Virus record (IMG/VR): IMGVR_UViG_3300021964_006850
Length of the DNA stretch: 20,000 bases
From: an uncultured virus (IMG/VR IMGVR_UViG_3300021964_006850)
Lineage: Duplodnaviria > Heunggongvirae > Uroviricota > Caudoviricetes
Strand: one strand, 5' to 3'
Shown here piece by piece: positions 16,801 to 20,000 of this stretch. Within the stretch, counting starts at the first letter, position 1, and each line of letters starts with the position of its first letter. The position numbers and the translations under genes were made by a program. The notes beneath the pieces were generated by a model. It did not search any database, was not told where the DNA came from, and saw only the letters and a program-made list of their open reading frames with translations.

Positions 16801-16933
16801 TAGAAGTGCTTACAATATTGTGGGATTCTGTAGCAACGGATCAGCAAATATTGAAGTAAGAAACATCAGTACTGGCACATTGTCTGAACCAATCAAATAT
16901 CAATTTATAGTTCTTAAATCGCCGACGTCTTAA
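13859..16933 (+). CDS. Large tail fibre/virion structural protein (1024 aa) with an N-proximal cupredoxin-like domain
   Basis: T/G/S/N-rich mosaic. EADAVNDTL motif, L.KGQTYIFDQSD.SN..HP..F..AP.TLYYC domain, repeated GDL.GS.Y..DST.L modules, fibre-type C-terminal domains. Confidence 0.8.
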   Translation: MPTAIHDIFRFIKLYSPDGSTLEQTLEADAVNDTLQMRRGDGVSWSVPTTSPGGTIAVTVGFHTGTGQGTGAFYLDGTERNTITLVKGQTYIFDQSDASNAGYGGYNHPMTFSNTDDGAVSGAISGEEYATGVTYLIDDNPVSKTIYRQDFTTTTNRKIKIELNDSAPGTLYYCSHDNIDQGGQILTTAGNDLMMINVDYSLDVPPGTTNIELTDVNAATTHVELSSAGGIQLTRKNANEIEISSFAVAEIDTLHTVTTRNAITTNKLYMEDIEVGDVTSATQDGFVSPSSEFLGTGRVDDALRLAVDQREITTNTVTQTFTFNSQAAPGVLNYTIGYQLDSGTSATSVTASIQRYNTVTTIWETLDTVSGVGGVPYEVSNMYNESSASGGQYRVVYNIAGNTGTITLELQAYYEILEITNNPVLRTESAVGTLRTRDLAPLGTNDIGRGSEPYDNVYANTFHGHLQGTFDGDLTGSLYSDDSTLLVDAINGIIYGTVDANIDRGTNPFTLDADSATIEVARQNDLILRSLGNTDNAQISITGDTELAISSGNGTLSLSSLLDVTIGAGTELTLQATGGININNPVNTVIFGTAGFVGDLTGSVYGPDSTTVINNNGIVTGEVNNANIATANLDAGNITDSVMTITNGVGTAFTEIESTLFDGVLEGDVYGNDGTTQLIDATANQIVGEVNADTNKTGALTIASNTSVTVNSTGVISFNSGVGADATGKLINSSNALQPFTIGSPVVVEKEFRGFPGAQEKQLYTNVSSATYVIDTSDTQNVYWNQPSGPCVANFTNLNTDTQRLRTCKIFINQGATAIVPTIEINGVTQSFVNVGPVAAQVNTVNIFEFFFYRTHTNLWEVYCRNLDANGYGLQEITDYGATTTNSITTAGLDAGSGTIQTTGTMQGDLVPTAKFGYTSGGTATQSSTDKTGTVTINALTGTVTMDNSALGADGAMQHVLSNSTVSVGDMIICTPTSGGNRSAYNIVGFCSNGSANIEVRNISTGTLSEPIKYQFIVLKSPTS

Positions 16934-17247
16934 TTTTTATTAGAATTTTTAAAATCGTTTTTTAAAGATTTAATTTCTTTAATTACTGCGTCAAATTTTT
17001 CTGTGGTTCTTTGTAATAATTCATTAAGATCTTTTACAGCATAGATTACCCACCACCACCAAGTAAATGCAACCACTGCAAAACTCAGTGCTACAAATCC
17101 AATAAAGTAATCTGTTAATGTTTTGAAATCAAAGAATACAACAAGGCACAATACTGTAAGAGCAGTCAGTGGTGCTACTTTACCTACCCAACTCCATACA
17201 TCTATCTGTCGTGCGATGGAAAATCTTTTTCTAAACCTACTAAACAA
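16930..17247 (-). CDS. Membrane protein with two TM helices and a C-terminal coiled coil (105 aa)
   Basis: TTG start after a GAGGG SD. Two hydrophobic stretches, WWWW at the interface, heptad-rich charged tail. Confidence 0.75.
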   Translation of the reverse strand: MFSRFRKRFSIARQIDVWSWVGKVAPLTALTVLCLVVFFDFKTLTDYFIGFVALSFAVVAFTWWWWVIYAVKDLNELLQRTTEKFDAVIKEIKSLKNDFKNSNKN

Positions 17248-17250
17248 TGT

Positions 17251-18378
17251 CTACCCCTCAATATGACCAAAGGGTTTCCATTCTCCTGGTGTGCCTTCAC
17301 GCACACATATGAAACCTATCCACCCACCTGGTACTGGTTCGTTATTCCAAATAATATCACCTTTGCTCCATAACCCTGTATCTGGAGCGGCACTTCCTCC
17401 TCCAAACTTCTTTCCTTCAAACTTGATTGGTCCTGCAACTTCAAAATTTGTACTGGGATTAGAAACACCAAATCCTACTTTACCAAACACAGAAACTTTT
17501 GTTTCACTGTTACTCTGTTGTCCAATAGTAACGTGTCCGTATGGTGAAATTGTAATTCTTGGTGTATTATCAGTTATTACTTTTAGTTCAGATGTAGAAT
17601 ATGTTCCAAGTTTAACTGACTCGTGTTCTGGATCAATAATAAATTCTGCACGTTCACTGCTAATGCTTAATTGTCCGTTTGGTGCTTCTGTACCAATAGA
17701 CATACGCATTGATGCGCCGTCCCAGAATATAAAATCGTCAACGTTTAAGTCTCCGTCAACAATTAATCCTTGTAATCTGCCTACTGTGCGTAGACTTGAA
17801 TTAGTAACTGTTTCGCCTAATGTTGTTGATGTAATAACAGGAACATTATCAATTTGATAAGATGCTTCTCTATGCAAATCAATTGATTCACTACTATAAA
17901 GCCTTGAAGGGTTTGTTTGCAAGATAAACGATTTAATTGTGCCTTCTCCTTGCCACACAAGACCCTTACCAATTGGAGAGTCTCCGTTGCTGGAGTCAAA
18001 CATTAATGAATCGCTTCTTTGTTGTCTAATGTCAGCAGTAAGTTCATTTACGTGTAAACTGTTACACTCAAGATGTCCTTCTACTGTTAATGCACCCTGT
18101 ACTGTTGTATCCCCTGCAATATTGTCTGTGTTTACAGTGTCAACAGTAATGCCATTGTTATCCACAAGCAAGATAGTTCTGTTTGCATTATCAGCAATAC
18201 CTGTACTACGGAATTGCGTGATCTTTCCACCCTGGATATGATTACCAGTTAACTGTCTTTCTTGAATAGGTTGCTGAGGCACAACACGATTTGCTATGAT
18301 TTCAATAGTCTCACCGAGTTCTTGTAAACCTGCTTTTACTCTTAGGATTTCATTATTGTCAATGTCATTGTACTGCAT
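17251..18378 (-). CDS. Virion structural / tail-associated protein (375 aa)
   Basis: Fibre-type motifs (TLGETVTNSSLRTVGRL, MSIGTEAPNGQLSI, GKVGFGVSNPSTNFEVAG) and a C-terminal G.WSKGDIIWN.EP..GGWIG..C..GTPGEWK.FG motif seen in tailspikes; late promoter upstream. Confidence 0.75.
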   Translation of the reverse strand: MQYNDIDNNEILRVKAGLQELGETIEIIANRVVPQQPIQERQLTGNHIQGGKITQFRSTGIADNANRTILLVDNNGITVDTVNTDNIAGDTTVQGALTVEGHLECNSLHVNELTADIRQQRSDSLMFDSSNGDSPIGKGLVWQGEGTIKSFILQTNPSRLYSSESIDLHREASYQIDNVPVITSTTLGETVTNSSLRTVGRLQGLIVDGDLNVDDFIFWDGASMRMSIGTEAPNGQLSISSERAEFIIDPEHESVKLGTYSTSELKVITDNTPRITISPYGHVTIGQQSNSETKVSVFGKVGFGVSNPSTNFEVAGPIKFEGKKFGGGSAAPDTGLWSKGDIIWNNEPVPGGWIGFICVREGTPGEWKPFGHIEG

Positions 18379-18383
18379 ATTAG

Positions 18384-18390
18384 TATTTAT
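18384..18390 (-). promoter_or_regulatory. Late-type promoter ATAAATA overlapping the upstream stop codon, predicted leaderless
   Basis: ATAAATA-ctaat-ATG with no SD. Confidence 0.6.
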
Positions 18391-19679
18391 CTAACTGCCT
18401 TTAGAAGTATAGTATCCGGATTAATCCTACCATTCAGTTTGATATCTACTGCATTAATTTCATCAATATAAGTGTTCAGTTTACGTTTACCTGCGTCCTT
18501 GAATTCTTTTAATTTTTCTTCTGGTTTACGCAGTGTTTTTTGTATGCTTTTTTCTTCATCAAATTGTGTTATTGTAGTACCTTTGATACTGAGTCCCGTA
18601 CCTTCTCTTTCTGCGCCGAGTGGGTCAATTACCTTAGCAACGTATTTGCCGATCTTACGAGTCTTGGTATTGAATATCCAAAGTTCATTACAGCCTACAA
18701 TTTCAATAGGATTAATACTTGCAAGTTGGAACTTGTCATTGCTAATAGCATACTTCAATTTAGCAATTAGTTTTTCTTTAGATCTTGGCTGTTTCTTTCT
18801 TGGTTTACGCATTGCTTTTGCAGTATCAATTACTACATTCAATGCACCTACATATAGTTCAAGTGCCTGTGTTTTTTTCTTGATGTCAGACTTGCTAAAA
18901 ATACTGTATCCTTCTTTTAACTGTTGTGCATAATCTTGTTCTTTTTCTGTTGCATCTTTAGGAAGTTTAGGAGGATCAAGTACTTCACGTAATTCGATTA
19001 ATTCTGGCTCATAATACTCTCTAATCTTACGAGCATGAGCCTGTGTGAGTTTTACATCGTAAAAATGTTTCTTAAAATCAAACCCTTTTGGATTAAATTT
19101 TTCAGGATCTTCGAGCCAACTATCTAACCATTCTTGTGGTTTTTCATCCATAAGCCAAGCCTGTGCTTGAATACGTTCTTGGATTGAAGGAACGTGTACG
19201 TTAGCCTGTGATTTCTTTTCTTCAAGTTTCTTTGCTTCACGTTCTGCTTCTACAAACGCATCTGCTTTGAATTTTAGTTCATTTAGAAATTTATCAATTG
19301 AATCCTTTAGAGGTCGAACAGTACCACTTGTTCCGGGAAGACTTTCCCAATACTTGTTGTATGCTTCATTGACATTAGGCCTGCCTAATATTGCCATTCG
19401 GCATACAGCACCGATAGTACTATGAAATCTACTTTCAGGAATTTTTGAAAAGTTGTTTGCTTGTTTTGACCAGTCATCGTTAGTACGCATATAATCCACG
19501 GTCCAACGTTTATAGTCTGCAGACTTACAATCTAATCTATAGTAGTCAAGTGCGGCATGAATTCTATTGGCGAAGTCCTTGGGTTCTAACTTTTCCCAAT
19601 CGTCCCATTGCGGTTCTGCTTTCGATACCTTCGGGGCTCTTACTACTTTTCTTTTTTTACGAGGGGCCGGTACAGCCAT
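18387..19679 (-). CDS. Conserved T4-like phage hypothetical protein (430 aa), basic
   Basis: Long ORF with AAGGAG SD and a sigma70 promoter. The C-terminal region (KLKY..SINP..IVG..LWIFNTKTRK..KGTTI..FDE.KS..KTLRKP..NGRIN.D.ILLK) resembles a hypothetical family I recall from T4-like phages; function unknown. Confidence 0.75.
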   Translation of the reverse strand: MAVPAPRKKRKVVRAPKVSKAEPQWDDWEKLEPKDFANRIHAALDYYRLDCKSADYKRWTVDYMRTNDDWSKQANNFSKIPESRFHSTIGAVCRMAILGRPNVNEAYNKYWESLPGTSGTVRPLKDSIDKFLNELKFKADAFVEAEREAKKLEEKKSQANVHVPSIQERIQAQAWLMDEKPQEWLDSWLEDPEKFNPKGFDFKKHFYDVKLTQAHARKIREYYEPELIELREVLDPPKLPKDATEKEQDYAQQLKEGYSIFSKSDIKKKTQALELYVGALNVVIDTAKAMRKPRKKQPRSKEKLIAKLKYAISNDKFQLASINPIEIVGCNELWIFNTKTRKIGKYVAKVIDPLGAEREGTGLSIKGTTITQFDEEKSIQKTLRKPEEKLKEFKDAGKRKLNTYIDEINAVDIKLNGRINPDTILLKAVR

Positions 19680-19704
19680 TCCTAATCTCCTTCAAGTTTT
19701 AACT

Positions 19705-19732
19705 ATTATATATTAAAAAAATAAAAAGTCAA
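19705..19732 (-). promoter_or_regulatory. Sigma70 promoter for the 430-aa gene
   Basis: TTGACT(19732-19727)-N16-TATAAT(19710-19705); SD at 19687-19692. Confidence 0.75.
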
Positions 19733-19752
19733 CTAAAAATGGCTTCGAAGTT

Positions 19753-19995
19753 TTAATTTTTTGCAATTTTAGAAAACAAATTTTTAATTTGTTCCTTGTT
19801 TCTTGCTAACTGTTCTTTGCCTTCTTGCCAATTGTTGGCTTGATATTCTTTGATACCATTCCATTCATTCACTACCCAACTCTTTACTTTTACATCAATT
19901 GGTTGTTTAACTTCTTCTGCACCTACTTTTGTAACTAATAGTACAAAAAGAATAGTAATTGAAATAACTATGGCTGTTATTGTTTTTGCTGTCAT
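19753..19995 (-). CDS. Small exported or membrane-anchored hypothetical protein (80 aa)
   Basis: N-terminal hydrophobic helix ending VGA-EE (signal peptide-like), then an amphipathic helical tail; the upstream context lies outside the window. Confidence 0.7.
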   Translation of the reverse strand: MTAKTITAIVISITILFVLLVTKVGAEEVKQPIDVKVKSWVVNEWNGIKEYQANNWQEGKEQLARNKEQIKNLFSKIAKN

Positions 19996-20000
19996 TGTAT

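Noticed and set aside
17291..18933. Long plus-strand ORFs (17291-17857, 17939-18241, 18472-18933)
   Set aside because: Antisense shadows of well-supported minus-strand genes; no SD or promoter; composition expected from the reverse complement of biased codons.
19741..19754. GGCTTCGAAGTT hairpin as a terminator
   Set aside because: Stem is too short and weak to call.
1..20000. Eukaryotic or NCLDV origin suggested by the SOD1-like gene; CRISPR, tRNA, intron, DGR or recoded stop codons
   Set aside because: SD sites, sigma70 and T4-late promoters and tail genes indicate a bacteriophage. No repeat arrays, cloverleafs or RT gene were seen, and genes are intact in the standard code.

Overview
AT-rich, gene-dense segment of a large T4-like (myovirus/jumbo-type) bacteriophage, probably aquatic. 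It has no rRNA, tRNA, CRISPR or mobile elements. The left part (1-8616, minus strand) and 13859-18378 encode mostly virion fibre/baseplate/tailspike-like proteins, including a 2221-aa protein. Between them is an auxiliary cluster: A-type Fe-S carrier (IscA/ErpA), Zn-ribbon protein, small membrane and HeH-like proteins, eukaryote-type Cu/Zn SOD, UvsE UV endonuclease, glycosyltransferase, QueD, 2OG-Fe(II) oxygenase and an MptE/GT-like Rossmann protein. Two promoter classes are visible (sigma70 TTGACA-N16/17-TAnAnT/TATACT and T4-late-like TAAATA), and six genes appear to be leaderless. Main leads: (1) three phycobiliprotein-like globin repeats in the giant virion protein, two keeping the bilin-attachment K-C-x-R-D motif, suggesting a chromophore-bearing virion; (2) a riboswitch-like, SD-sequestering pseudoknot in the queD leader; (3) a late-expressed eukaryote-type SOD with a possible capsid-targeting/Cys-rich N-terminal leader. 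All family assignments come from motif recognition only; no searches were run.
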